A DNA stretch of 64,000 nucleotides from Octopus bimaculoides (GCF_001194135.2 NC_068984.1:53361510-53425509), one strand, 5' to 3'. Counted from the stretch's first letter, positions 27,866 through 40,819 are shown. Notes: generated by a model from the sequence alone, not told the origin. Made by a program: numbers and translations.

Positions 27866-28510
27866 TTCCTGTTATTTGTTTCAGTCATTTGACTGCAGCC
27901 ATGCTGGAGCACTGCCATTAGTTGAACAAATCAACCCCAGGACTTCTTCTTTGTAAGCCTAGTACTTATTCTATCGGCTCTCTTTCGCCGAACTGCTAAG
28001 TTATGGGGACATAAACACACCAACATCAGTTGTCAAGCGATGGTGGGGGGACAAATACAGACACAAACATATACATATGTATACGACAGGCTTCTTTTAG
28101 TTTCTTATTTCGTTACTGCCCACAAGGGGCTACACACAGAGGAGACAAACAAGGACAGACAAACGGATTAAGTCGATTATATCGACCCCAGTGCGTAACT
28201 GGTACTTATTTAATCGACCCCGAAAGGATGAAAGGCAAAGTCGACCTCGGTGGAATTTGAACTCAGAACATAGCAGCAGACGAAATACCGCTAAGCATTT
28301 CACCTGGCATGCTAATGTTTCTGCCAGCTCCCTGCCTTTAGCTTCTTTTAGTTTCTGTCTACTAAATCCACTCACAAGGCTTTGGTTGGCCTGAGGCTAT
28401 AGTAGAAGACATTTGCCCAAGGTGCCTGGGTTCAGTCCCACATGGTGGGACTGAACCCTGAAGCCATGTGGTTGGTAAGCAAGTTACTTACCACATAGCC
28501 ACTCCTGCGG
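27866..28510 (-). mobile_element. tRNA-derived composite SINE (family A), split by the family-C insertion
   Basis: Head gtggctatgtggtaagtaacttgc...accttgggcaa and tail gctccagcatggctgcagtcaaatgactgaaac, both on the minus strand. Confidence 0.88.
28106..28340 (-). mobile_element. Young SINE (family C; gactttgcctttcatcctttcggggtcga core) inserted into a family-A SINE
   Basis: CpG-intact copy with a 16-bp TSD gcttcttttagtttct at 28090-28105 and 28341-28356. Older copies lie at about 2712-2930, 10140-10345, 12500-12700, 23220-23390, 26890-27060 and 43270-43460. Confidence 0.9.
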
Positions 28511-29101
28511 CTGTTTATTTACTATAATTAAGTTTACATATTTTATTCATTTCTCACAATAAAACATATAATACAGATTAATTTGTTGTATACTATTATT
28601 AATGTAAGAGTGGTTGGATATTCTGGTGAGTCTGTTGAAAGTTAGGGAATAGGAGTGACCATGGGGTGGCTTTGAAAAGGATGAAATAAGGTAATGTGAG
28701 GTCAAGTGCTGAGTCTGGTTGTTTACATGGGTCTCAACTTCTACTGTCTTATGAATTGGAGAGAGAGAGGGGAATGAAGTTGCCTTTGGTATTTTATTAT
28801 TCATTATTCATTCAGGCATAGCTGGGTTGCAAATTTAACATAATGGTTGAATATGAAGGGTGTTAAATTGATAAACACTTCATATTCATTCATAGGTTAA
28901 ATTGGTGACCCCTGCAGTAATCCAAACACATGAATAAATGTGTTATCATATTAATTAATGAGGTGAATGAAAAGTTACATGAATGGATGTAAGAAATCAT
29001 AGTTATCAGTTCCTCATGTTTATTTTTAAAAGCTGTATTGGACATGCCATCTGATGAGAAATAGTAATTTGGTTAGACAAGTTCTGTAGTTATGTGTAGA
29101 T

Positions 29102-29132
<31 letters not shown>

Positions 29133-29526
29133 GGAGAGAGAAAGGGGAGGGAGTGTGTGTGTGTGTGTGTACACATGAATGTGTCAGCTGTCACCAGTGA
29201 AGTCCTAAAGCTAGGAGGAATTAGATGGCTCATATAACTGACTTTTAATATTTGGTGGATCAGATAGCTGACACCAGCTGATATTGAATAGAGCTTAACA
29301 TGAACATATAAGTGTTCTGTTCTCTGTTCTACTGTCCATCCTGCTCTCTAAAAATTTCTGTTTTTGTCTAGCTCAGCTAGGTTATTTAAAGCTTGGTTGA
29401 TTTGCAATCAACAGCTATGATTTGTTAGTTTTGTTGATGTCAGTCAATGAATTTGATGTGGAGTGTCATGAGTTATTTTCTTTCATATCATCATTCAGTT
29501 TGAAAATCTGGTTTTTGTATATGAAA

Positions 29527-29698
29527 TTTTCCTAATCGATACCCCCTCACCCACAAAACCAGACTGGTTCAAACTAGGGCAAAAACCTGCCACACATTTA
29601 TATGATACAACTGTCCTTATACATACACATCACATGACCATACCAGTGCAGTCTTTTCTCTTGCACACTACTCATATATCTGGTGCCTCTTATACCCA
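29527..29698 (+). repeat. Exact 172-bp direct repeat, copy 1
   Basis: Base-for-base identical to 36030-36201. Confidence 0.95.
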
Positions 29699-30849
29699 AT
29701 TTTACCTCTTAAAACACTTACACTCTGTCATACTAGATACTGACATTGTACATCCAGTGGAGCATGTTGGCTTCATTTCTTTCAAGCCTACACATGTCCT
29801 ATGCAGTTGCAGCCCATGTTTCACTGCCATATAACATAGTTGTTTGTACATAGGTGTCATACAATCTACCATTTACTCAGAAGGAGAGGCCCTTTACTAC
29901 CAACAAATGTAGTAGACCTCTGAACTTTGCCCAGTCCATTCTTATTCTAACAACTGTTCTCAGAGCATTCTCCTCCACTGCTAACTTGGTTGCCTAGGTA
30001 TTGGGAGCTATCTACTACTTATAAGGATCTGTTTTCCTCAGCATAGATTTGGTTGTACAAGAACATCAAATTTACAGAATGAACATTTTAAACCACTTTG
30101 TAGTTTGTATAATGTAAATGATGTGGCTAACTTAACTTATGGTGTGAGATGACCATTACCCCTTCAAAAATTACCTTATTGAAGCTTAGTGTTTAACCTA
30201 GGTTTTACATGACCTTTTTTTTTTATCTAGAAACTGCTATGGTAAACCTAAAATAGACAGCACAATATATAATTCAGTGCTTTCCTTGTCTCTCTCAATA
30301 AGAATTCACATCTTTAGATTAGATATCTAGGTTAGATGAGAATGAACAATAAGAAAATGAAATAGAATCAATTTTGTTCTCATACAAATCATTAGTGAAA
30401 GTGTTTTATGGCAGGTGGTTTTGTTTATGCATGAGCAAGTAGGAAAAAATAATATTCCATGAATTTTATCAAACAAATATCATTGCTAGTATCAATTTAA
30501 TTATTTAATCACCTTAAATATCATCAGACTCATTACCAGATGACATGTGAACATATTTTCCAGGCTACACTATTTTACGGTCAAGAACCATGATACTTTG
30601 TTTAGTTTCTTTATGTACTTGACTAAGTTTACAATTCTAAATTAAATAAGTTCATTACTAATTGTAATGTCTCAGAAGAACTTCTCAAAGAAATTTGTAT
30701 GTTAAAAAACACAAGGCTTTGCTCAGAATGTTGATGGCTCACAAGATACAGTGTTTATATTGTTCAGATTAGAGTATTGCTGTGAAAATGAGTATAAGAA
30801 GATATTTTAAAAGACTTTGACAGACATGTAAGCAATAGTAAAAAAAATT

Positions 30850-32510
30850 CAACCAGTAAGAATGGTTAAGATACTTCAAAATGATAATCTCATTTGTGTT
30901 TTGTTTCACTTGATGCTGCATATGTAAAAGATGACATTGCAAAAAATATTGAAAATGTGATCTTTCAGACTGATGGATATAAAAATATCTCTGGTTTAAT
31001 TGTTAGAAACAGAAAACTTAGTTGTATTGTATGCAAGAATGGTCACCTTGGACTTGAATGAACACAAAAATCCATGTCTTGTGAATGGTACCATGTTAAT
31101 GTTGTAGGTGTAGGACTAAATGGTGACAAGGTAAAAACAGTTAAAAAGCTTAGGAGTAAAGATTTTTAAACACAAAACCTGTGAAACCCATTTATAGAAA
31201 CTAAGAAAAATTGATAAAGCAGCTAATGAAAAAGTAATTGAAAATGAAGTGTTTATATGTCACGGAAAAATGATGAAACAAAAACAGGGTGAATTTGTTT
31301 AACTGTATATAATATTGTGCAGAAATGTAGGCCAAACACAGACATAATACTGGATTGTAATAAAGAAATATGCTTGGCTTAGGAAATGTTCTATACTCTC
31401 ATAAATTATGTGTAAGTATTGTTCACCATGGAGGGAATTGTATGTAAAAGATAGGAGCGAAAAGGAATAATTTCCAAACAATCTAAAATGTCTGTTATGA
31501 TTGATGAATCTACTATCATTAATGGTAGAATTGTTACAGTAGTCTGCTTGAGAGCAGATATCAGGGAATCTTATCACTTTGTATAATTTTATTTTGACTA
31601 AGGACATTAAAAGTTTAGTACAAATGTAAAATTTATATATGAAGAGTAAATGTAAGTGATGCTGTAAATGAAGTTACTGGATTGAACCATATTCAGATAT
31701 TTTGTGATAAATTGAATTTCTAATCAGATAGGTCTCAAAACTAATCAAGGTGAGTTAATTGTATGTGCTGAGGCCTTTCACAGTCAACTGTTGAAATTAG
31801 TCTGTTTTCAGTGTGAAACGAGTTGCTTTTCACAGAAGTGTTTGAAAAAGTGACTGAGATGTTTTAACATCAAGAGCAGAGAGAGGAAAGCTTGAAGTGC
31901 TGTAAGAAAGTATTAGAATTACCAGCTTTCATAAGTTAAGTTTGTTCATAAACAGTTTGATAAGAGTTGTCTGAGCTATCATTTGACCTAGAATTATAAA
32001 CTTAGTCAAGTACATAAAGAAATTAAACAAACGTCATGGTTCTTGAATAGTTAAACCTGAAAAATATCAATGTTCATATATCATTTAGTAATTAGTGAGA
32101 TGATATTTACGGTGATAAATTTGAGGATGCTAAGATATTTATTACACAGCAACAATAATTTTTTAGGCCTTTGATCAATAATCTGAAATCTGATAATATA
32201 ACCAGGCAAAATATTTAGATATTAAAAATATTCCAGAAGATTTACTTTTTACCTTTGAGAATGATGGCATACAAAAACTAGTAGAGCTGATTCGTATAAA
32301 TGATAGGTTATGTATTAGAGTCTACAGAAAATGAGGAATCTATAAAGAAAATAGTTTCTGCACATTTTCAGCAATTACTAACAGCTGCAAATACAATCCC
32401 ATTGTCAATAGCAGAATGTAAAAGGAACTTCAGTAGCATAAATTTACATATGTCCCTCACAACATGCAGGATATTAAATAGATTATCTTTCAACTCTTCT
32501 ATTTATTAAG
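30850..32510 (+). mobile_element. Decayed hAT transposase fossil, KIAA1586-like (boundaries approximate)
   Basis: Fragments LKSLGVKIFKHKTCETH, TVYNIVQKCRP, KMSVMIDEST (first catalytic Asp) and TIPLSIAECKRNFSSIN (hAT dimerisation motif). Many stops. Confidence 0.8.
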
Positions 32511-32739
32511 ATGCTGAAGAAATGTCATGTAGAAGAAGAGAGAAGGTGACAGAAAGAAAATTAAGATTATATACCATTACAGAACATTCTATAATGTAAA
32601 GTAGAACATAGAACAACACTGCTTTTGTTCTTCAATAGAAAGAAGCTAACAATTTAACACAAAGTAAGTAAAAATTTTTAGAATTCAGCAGAATATAGTT
32701 ATTTTTGAAGAGTGGGTGCTGGCTCAGTTTGTGTGTGTG

Positions 32740-32780
<41 letters not shown>

Positions 32781-33209
32781 TTGTGTGCGTGTGTGTATGT
32801 ACGCATGGAACTTAGTGCGGCCCCTGACCATGTCAGTTTCTGTCAAGCCATCCCACTCATGCCAGCATGGAAAACAGATGTTGAAAAATGATGATGGTGT
32901 GNNNNNNNNNNNNNNNNNNNNNNNNNNNNNNNNNNNNNNNNNNNNNNNNNNNNNNNNNNNNNNNNNNNNNNNNNNNNNNNNNNNNNNNNNNNNNNNNNNN
33001 NNNNNNNNNNNNNNNNNNNNNNNNNNNNNNNNNNNNNNNNNNNNNNNNNNNTATAATAGGCACAGGCATGGTTGTGTGGTAAGAAGCTTGCTTCCCAACC
33101 ACATGGTTCTGGATTCAGTCCAACTGCATGGCACCTTGGGCAGGTGTCTTCTACTTGCTGACCAAAGCCTTGAGAGTGACTTGGTAGATGGAAACTGAAA
33201 GAAGTCGGT

Positions 33210-33257
<48 letters not shown>

Positions 33258-33592
33258 TATGTGTGTGTTTGTGTCTTTCTTTGTGTCTGTGTTTATCCCC
33301 CATCACCACTTGACAACCAGTTTTGGTGTGTTTATATCTCTGTAACTTAGCAGTCTAGCAACATAGACTGATGGAACAAGTACCAGGATTTAAAAAAAAG
33401 TACTGGGATCGATTCATTCAAATAAATATTCTTCAAGTCTAATGACTGAAACAAGTAAAAGATAAAAAATATATATAAAGTACATATTACTATATATATA
33501 AAGTTCAAAACTGTACACTATTAATATTCTCAATAATTCATAAGAATTTAAATTTCAACAAAATATGTTGGTTATCTTTAAATCTATAATTA

Positions 33593-35830
33593 CTTGAATG
33601 TGTAGGCAACGCTATTTGAAACAGATTTGCAAGCCCACCAAAATATCCGTTGGGCATCAACAACAGTTATCTCTCTTGACTGAACATTCTTGAACAATCT
33701 AGAACAGTCTAGGCAAAAGTAGTTAACCTCTTTTGGTAAGTTACGAGGTATAACTCCTAAATAGGGCAGCTACCTCGTGTAGAAGACGTTGTCAAAGGAT
33801 ACGAAGTGGTAGCAGGGGCAAAAATTAATCAGGAAAAATCAGTTAGCTTGCGACTCGGCACCTGGCATGGCAAATTGATGCATCCCGATAGCGTTGTTGG
33901 ACGTTGGACGGAGGGCCCAGTTAAACTGCTTAGGGTCTGGTTTGCATCAGAGAAAAACTGGAGTGAGGTAACGAGTAAGGTGATGGCCAAAACCCAGACA
34001 TGGTCTGGGAGGTCGTTATCCTTGCTAGGGAGGGCTGAGGTTACACAGGTGTTTAGAGTATCTGTGATAACCTACCACCTAACTGTCGTGCCTTGTCCCG
34101 GTTTGTGGTTGACTAAGCTGAAAAAAGGATCCTTTTTCACTTTTTGTGGAAGGGAAAACCACCACTTGTGGTGCACTCCATTTGCTGTCAGAAACTGTTA
34201 AAGGAGATGCCTTGGCTGATGATTCGCAAGTATGCTTTGAGGCCGAGACACTTCCGACACTACCTGGATGGTGAGCAGGTGTGGTCACCTCACGACAAAG
34301 AGCTTTTTCCACAATTGGAGTCCCTCAGGGACTTAAGCACATGGATCAGGTGGAGACCTAAGATGGGGGAATGGCAGAGAGAGTGCAGAGAAGCACTCAA
34401 TCTGTTCTCCCGAGCGAGCAATACCAGCAGTGAGGTTACCACTGGGGATTTCTATAGAGGGTTAGTAGAGTTTAAGTCTGACAATGTCCTGGGTGAGACC
34501 CTGGGCTTTGACGACGAACAACTAACCAGCCTGTTTCAGAAGACATTCAGGCTGAGGTATCTGGATAATTTCCAGAAATCCTTGGCTTAGTTGTGCTATC
34601 GTTCAGCTTTACCAGTTTGAGAGAGGTTGTCTAGACATGGTTATAACCCCCCCCCCCTACACACATGTCCGAGGTGCGGGCATGTCAGTGAAACTGTCGC
34701 ACACGCCTTCATACACTGTGGGGAGTTGAAGGGGTTGGTAACCTATGTCGAACAGCTGATGTCGGATGGAGAAAGAATACTCTCGACTGAGTCCATTGTC
34801 AAGATTGTACCACCTCCCTCCTTTAACAAGGAAAGGAAGGTAGCTTTTGCCTGCATAGTAGCTATAGTGAAAGAGACAGTATGGAGGACATGTGACAAAA
34901 GGGATTGAGACAGGCTACTTTATCTCTGGACAGGGGTTGGTAAGTTGGTTCAACTTCCACCTCATGACCAAGATCTGACTGGAGAGAAAGTGTCTGCCTC
35001 ACAGCATATATGAGAAAAGATGGATAAATGTGGTAAGAAAGTTACGTATGTATAGGGCTGTGCTAGTGTAGCCGGTCAAAACAAGGAAGAAGGAGGAAAA
35101 TGCTTTTTCTCAGCCCAAAAAACGAAAACGAATGGTTCAAACTGGTGGGTTGAAATAAATCCAGGGGAAATTCTATACAACTGAATATATGTTTTATTTT
35201 TAACTATATAATCTATTAATTCATAATTTTTAACTTATAATGATTTATATTATAGTTTTCATCCAACACCACGACCCCTCCCCCTGTAAGACTGTCCGTT
35301 GTTTGTCCCTGACGCCAACCTTTTATTTTATTTTATATCTATGTATGCCATTATTGGCAATAAAGAAATTACTCCTAAATGAGATGCAGGAGGTCGCTAG
35401 TAGCCCATCACCTGTTTAAGAGTGCACACCCGTTCAAACGATCCCTCTTTTCCTAACTTCTTCGAGACGCAACAAGGTCCACTGCGGAAGAGAGAGCCAG
35501 GTACATGAATTTGATATCTAATTCTTACCAGTAGCTCACTATGGTATTCTACATCTAGTGCTTGTGGAAAGTAAATCTCATAGCTTGAATTACTTCTATT
35601 TACTCAATGTTATCATGGAACATGGCAAGTCATTCAAAACGTTTTCTTCATCCCAGATAACTTTATTGAACACTGGATACCCACTGTATGCATTAGTTTG
35701 TCACGCATCGGACTAAGACCTTGAATGTAAAGCTATTCGCACAGAATGTATTGTTGTTTGCTGCACAAAGGTATTTTATGGCTATTGGTTTAATGACTCA
35801 GTCCACTTATTAAAGTGTTGACGTTTTTAT
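33593..35830 (-). pseudogene. Decayed ORF of unknown identity, interrupted by the Tx1 insertion
   Basis: Removing 33763-35380 restores one frame: SYEIYFPQALDVEYHSELLVRIRYQIHVPGSLFRSGPCCVSKKLGKEGSFERVCTLKQVMGY*RPPASHLGVIPRNLPKEVNYFCLDCSRLFKNVQSREITVVDAQRIFWWACKSVSNSVAYTFK*. Confidence 0.6.
33763..35370 (+). mobile_element. 5'-truncated Tx1/L1-clade non-LTR retrotransposon
   Basis: RT C-terminal motifs (YEVVAGAKINQEKS, LSLLGRAEV) and the zinc knuckle CPRCGHVSETVAHAFIHC; 3' UTR ends caataaagaaatt. Exact 10-bp TSD actcctaaat at 33753-33762 and 35371-35380. Confidence 0.93.
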
Positions 35831-36029
35831 TAGCGACATACCTTGTTAAAAATGGAAAGAATTATAAATTACTGATATGACAAACTCTCACATTGACATG
35901 AATGCATGAATCTCCAGTTGTCTGATCAAATGGACAATCTATTCACTCAATTAACATGGAAAGTGAATGTATCTTGATTGTAGATCTCAAGTGGAATTAG
36001 TGTGACACAGGTGGGTAGCAAGGCTGAAC

Positions 36030-36201
36030 TTTTCCTAATCGATACCCCCTCACCCACAAAACCAGACTGGTTCAAACTAGGGCAAAAACCTGCCACACAT
36101 TTATATGATACAACTGTCCTTATACATACACATCACATGACCATACCAGTGCAGTCTTTTCTCTTGCACACTACTCATATATCTGGTGCCTCTTATACCC
36201 A
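36030..36201 (+). repeat. Exact 172-bp direct repeat, copy 2
   Basis: Base-for-base identical to 29527-29698. Confidence 0.95.
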
Positions 36202-37244
36202 TCCAATGGGCTTCCATACAGTTTCTGTTTTCTTAAATTCACCCACAAGAATTGGGTCAATCTGAGGCTATAATAAATGTATTTGCCCAAGATCTGTCCC
36301 AGTGGACTTCTTAACTACTCAGCCATGTCTACATCCACATTATTGATATAAACATATGTGTGTGTGTGTACATAATTAGCATACTCAATGACTCCCAATG
36401 ATATCATCATCATCATCACCATCATCCTTTAATGTCCATTTTCCATGCTGGCATGGGTTTTGGACAGTCTGACCAGAGCTGGCAAGCTAGAGAGCTGCGT
36501 TATGTTCTAATCTGATTTAGCTTGGTTTCTACAACTGGATGCCCATCCTAACACCAACCACTTTAGAGTGTGTGCTGGGTGCTTTTAACATGGCACTGGA
36601 ATGAGCACTTCTATGTAGCACTGGCACGAGTGCTTTTTATGTGGCACTGGCACAGGACACTTGCAGGCCAATCCTCTTCATCAGGAGGGGTGGCCTTAAC
36701 ACTTCTGCTGTGGATCATGGGTCTTCTTGCATAGGATGGGTCTTCATTAAAAAAAATTTAACCATGGTAGTTTACAGTGCTCCAGAACCGCTAAATGAAG
36801 AAATTTATTTTACTCGCCCTAGATGCATTGCAGAGCATAAATTCTAGATTCATCCTTACCTTATACCTAGTTCCCAATAGTTTCCATCAGTATTAGAACT
36901 GTAACTTTGAATGGAATTGAAAGATCATAAAAATTGACCACAAAGAATTGTTGATAACAGGCAATTCAAAACCTGAGTATTTTCAAAAATATTGATAGCA
37001 ATTCAGTAGAAGTAAGAACAGGTGATAAGAATTTAATAGGTCATTAGTGTATCTGTTACATATTTTGCATTTCTGATTAGAATATAACATTAATGTTTTG
37101 CTTTGATTACAAATTATTAAGTTCTTGTAATTTTGGTCATAGAATATAACAAACCCCCCAAAAAATATTGCCCAACATAAAATTTATAATAGACAGATAT
37201 AAACTGATGATGGCGATGATGATGATGATGATGATTCCATTAAA

Positions 37245-37486
37245 CAGCAGTGGTCAAAAGTTTGGAACATTTAAAAAAAAATTAAATCTATTATGCCCAT
37301 GTACAGTTTGCAAAATTACAGGAAGTCATGTGACCTGCATCAATCATAACTAAAATAAAAATTTTATAGACACCCACTATATTACTGTAAGTAGTAATAA
37401 TATACTGCAAATTAAATATAACTTGGAGTATTTAATATAAAAATTCTAATTTTCAGACCTATGTTCCAAACTTTTGGCCATGACTG
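37245..37486. mobile_element. Tc1-type MITE
   Basis: Imperfect ~26-bp TIRs sharing caaaagtttggaacat; TA follows the right end. Confidence 0.78.
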
Positions 37487-37525
37487 TATGTTTATTGTTC
37501 TTACAGTTCAATGTTGAATACTCAC

Positions 37526-37584
37526 CCTCGCTTTCTTGATCTGCAGTAATTCTTTCTGTTTCTGCTTTGATTTCTTTTTGTAAA
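37526..37584 (-). CDS. C6orf118: C6orf118-like coding exon 4 (LQKEIKAETERITADQESE)
   Basis: attctttgcag| acceptor and G|gtgagt donor; 59 nt, phase 2-1, compatible with both neighbouring exons. Confidence 0.82.
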
Positions 37585-38163
37585 CTGCAAAGAATGACAA
37601 CAAAAAATCATAGGATGTAAGTTAAGCAGCCAAAATTAAAAAAAAAAAAAGAAAGGAATCAAAACTAGTCCAAAGAAACTTATAGTGGTCTGCATAGAAT
37701 TTGGTAAATTTTGATAAGCTTGTACATTGTTGGGTGAGGGGTGAGAGTACTGATGTTTTGAACAAAGCCCTTCTTTGGAGTGAAAAGTGGGAGAGAAAGA
37801 GAGAGTGAGTGATGATGATAGGAGTTAATGATAGACTGCACTATTTGAGGGTGATGAAAGGAATCAGTCACTTGGCAGAGTCGACATGATCACCTGACTG
37901 GCTCCCGTGCCGATGGCATGTAAAAAGCACCAAATGATTGTGACCAATGCCAGTACCCGCTGACTGGCTCCTGTACCGGTGGCACGTAAAAAGCATCCAC
38001 TACGCTCTCGGAGTGGTTGGCATTAGGAAAGGCATCCAGCTGTAGAAACATTGCTAGATCAGATTGGAGGCTGGTGCAGCTGCTGGCTCTCCAGACCTCA
38101 GTCAAACCATCCAACCCCATGCCAGCATGGAAAACAGACATTAAACGATGATGATGATGATGA

Positions 38164-38201
<38 letters not shown>

Positions 38202-39169
38202 GTATATATCTATGTGTGTGTGTGTGTGTGTGCATGTAACTGTACCCCCCATCACTTGACAACTGGTGCTGGTGTGTTTATGTCCCTGTAACTTAGCGGT
38301 CTGGCAAAAGAATTGATAGAATAAGTACCAGGCTTAAAAAATAAGTCCTGGGGGCAATTTATTCAACTGAAATCCTACAAGGTGGTGCTCCAGCATGGCC
38401 GCAGTCAAATAACTGAAACAAATAAAGGAATAAAAGAGAAGAATAACCCATACGAGCATAGAAAAAGGGACATAAAATGCATAAAACAAACGAATACACG
38501 TGTGCAAATCAGTGGCTGAGTGAAGGTGTGAAGAAATTGCAATAGTTAGGTTTGACTGAGTTACCTTCTTTTATGTTATATATGACTTGCTTTTATAATT
38601 CTTATGAGGTCAATAAAATAAGTCCCAGACAAAGTATTGGGGTTGGTGTAATCAATTAAAACTCTTGATTGAAAGCTGTGCTCATCCAGAGATGCAGTCT
38701 AATGACTGAAAACAGTAAAACAATAAGAACTAAAGCATCTTATCTGAATTAGATTGGTACAGAAAAAAATGTATGAAATTACATAAAAGTTCAATATCTG
38801 TTTGAAATTATTATTTTTGCATAAATACTAGCATTATAGTGGTTTGCCCTCACAGAACTTTAATTGTTCTGTTGATTGAACTTCAATGAAATAAACAGGT
38901 TTGTTTTTTTCTATGGAGAAGAGTTTATTGGGTCTAAGTGGCACTGTAAATATTATGAGGACTGTAGCATATCTATGAAAGTACGGTGAATTGCTTTGTC
39001 AGCAATAATCCTCACTATTGATAAGTACAGAATTATCGAAAGACTCTAGCAATAAAATTTTGACTCTTACTTATGCATCCATCCAAACCTTATGAATATC
39101 TTTTCCTGCGTTTATGCATATCCAACCTCTTTTTAAAATTTATCTGCAAACATTCAAGCTAGTAAGTGA

Positions 39170-39325
39170 AAATCAATGAGGTCATTTGACTTGCTATAAA
39201 TAGCAGTCAAATTTCCCTCAGACAACAACACTGGTTTCAGAGAAAAAATGGGATGGTCATGGTTGGAATATCTTTGATCATAGGTCTGCCCAATGAGGGC
39301 TGACTTGAGCCTAAACAACAACATA
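39170..39325 (-). mobile_element. Family-G SINE tail fragment (gcagacctatgatcaaag...ccatgaccatccc); strand refers to the motif as written
   Basis: The same motif recurs at about 4440-4620, 6080-6270, 15370-15545, 16255-16460, 17840-18010, 25515-25720, 39715-39885, 47500-47885, 50330-50490 and 58290-58440. Confidence 0.75.
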
Positions 39326-39343
39326 CAGTAATATAATTCTAAC

Positions 39344-39528
39344 CTTTTAGCTTCAAGAAAGAGATCTAACATTTCACACTCCAGTTTCTCAACTTTGATT
39401 TCAGCTTCACTCAACTGTTCATTTTGATTGGTGTGTTGTGAAGACATCTCTTGCATTTCTCCTTGTAAAACTTGGCCCTCTTTCTCATAGATATCCAGCA
39501 AATATGATATATAGTTGTCATATTCTAT
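39344..39528 (-). CDS. C6orf118: C6orf118-like coding exon 3 (IEYDNYISYLLD...LDLFLEAK, coiled coil)
   Basis: tctttctaccag| acceptor and AG|gttaga donor; 185 nt, phase 0-2. Continues the K-x-EY-xx-Y-xxx-LL motif from exon 2. Confidence 0.85.
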
Positions 39529-40462
39529 CTGGTAGAAAGACAAACTTTTGTTAGTGTGTCTATAGACGATAAGATGTCTCTACATATATATAGATATCTA
39601 ACCTCTACACTATTATATACAGAAAATATCTTTTATATATACACACAGAAGCTGTACATGTATTCTATCCATGAAACAGGTATTGATCCAATGAGGGAGC
39701 GTCTATGCTGTCATTCAACTTCTTAGAGGGACAACAGCCATATTTTTCTCAAATCAAACAGTATCATTTTATAAAAAAAAGGATACATTAGATAACATAG
39801 TCCTAGATATCTCTATAAAACACAAGATGGCCATGGTTGGAATGTCTTTATTCAATCAGGGCTAACCTGGTAACAATAACAACTTTGCCTTTAAGCACAT
39901 ATGAACAGACACACCATGTTACGCACTACATCGTTTGATGGCCAGTCATATCGATCACTGGTCCAAAACCGTTCCTGCACCACAGACCAGTTTTATGCAA
40001 GGCAATTTTTGCCACAGACCAGTGGATCATGTATATAACAAAACACAATAAAGTGCACAATATATGATTTAATTATTACTATATAATGTAAAAACACTCT
40101 GAAGACTTCAAATAATCAATAAAATAGAAATAAAATTAAAAAGGTCATTCCTTCTGTGCAGTGTGATGTAAAATGATCCATGACCTGGTGGTAGTTGGGA
40201 ATTCATGACATAGATTACAAGTACAGTAACACAAGAATGTATTAACAAATTATTACTTGAAATATCTAATCATTATTGTTTTCCTTCTGTGTTCTAACTG
40301 AAAATAGTAATCTAGATATGGCTATGTGGTAAGAAGCTCGCTTCCCAACCACATTGTTCAGGGATAAGTCCCACTGTGTGGCACTTTGAGCTAGTGTCTT
40401 TCACTATAGCCTCAGCCTATAGTGAGTAGATTTGGTAGACGGAAACTGAAAGAAGCACATTG

Positions 40463-40495
<33 letters not shown>

Positions 40496-40819
40496 CTTTG
40501 TGTCTGTCCCCCATCACTGCTTGACAACTGGTGTTGGTGGGTTTACATTACCATAACTTAATGGTTCAGCAAGAGACTGTAAAATAAGTACTAGGCTTAA
40601 GAAAAAAACTAATTACTGGGATCGATTCATTTGACTAAAAAAAAAAAACAGTGAGCACTCTTTAGTTATGTAGAGTATAAGAGGAATGTTAGCCATTTTG
40701 ATCTTTTGGTTTTGGAGGGTACAACCCCTTCTTCAAGCAAATAGAAAAAAAATGCCTTTGTTTCATTATTTTATAAATTTGCATATTAAAATCTATAAAT
40801 TAATTAAAAAGTGGCTTAC

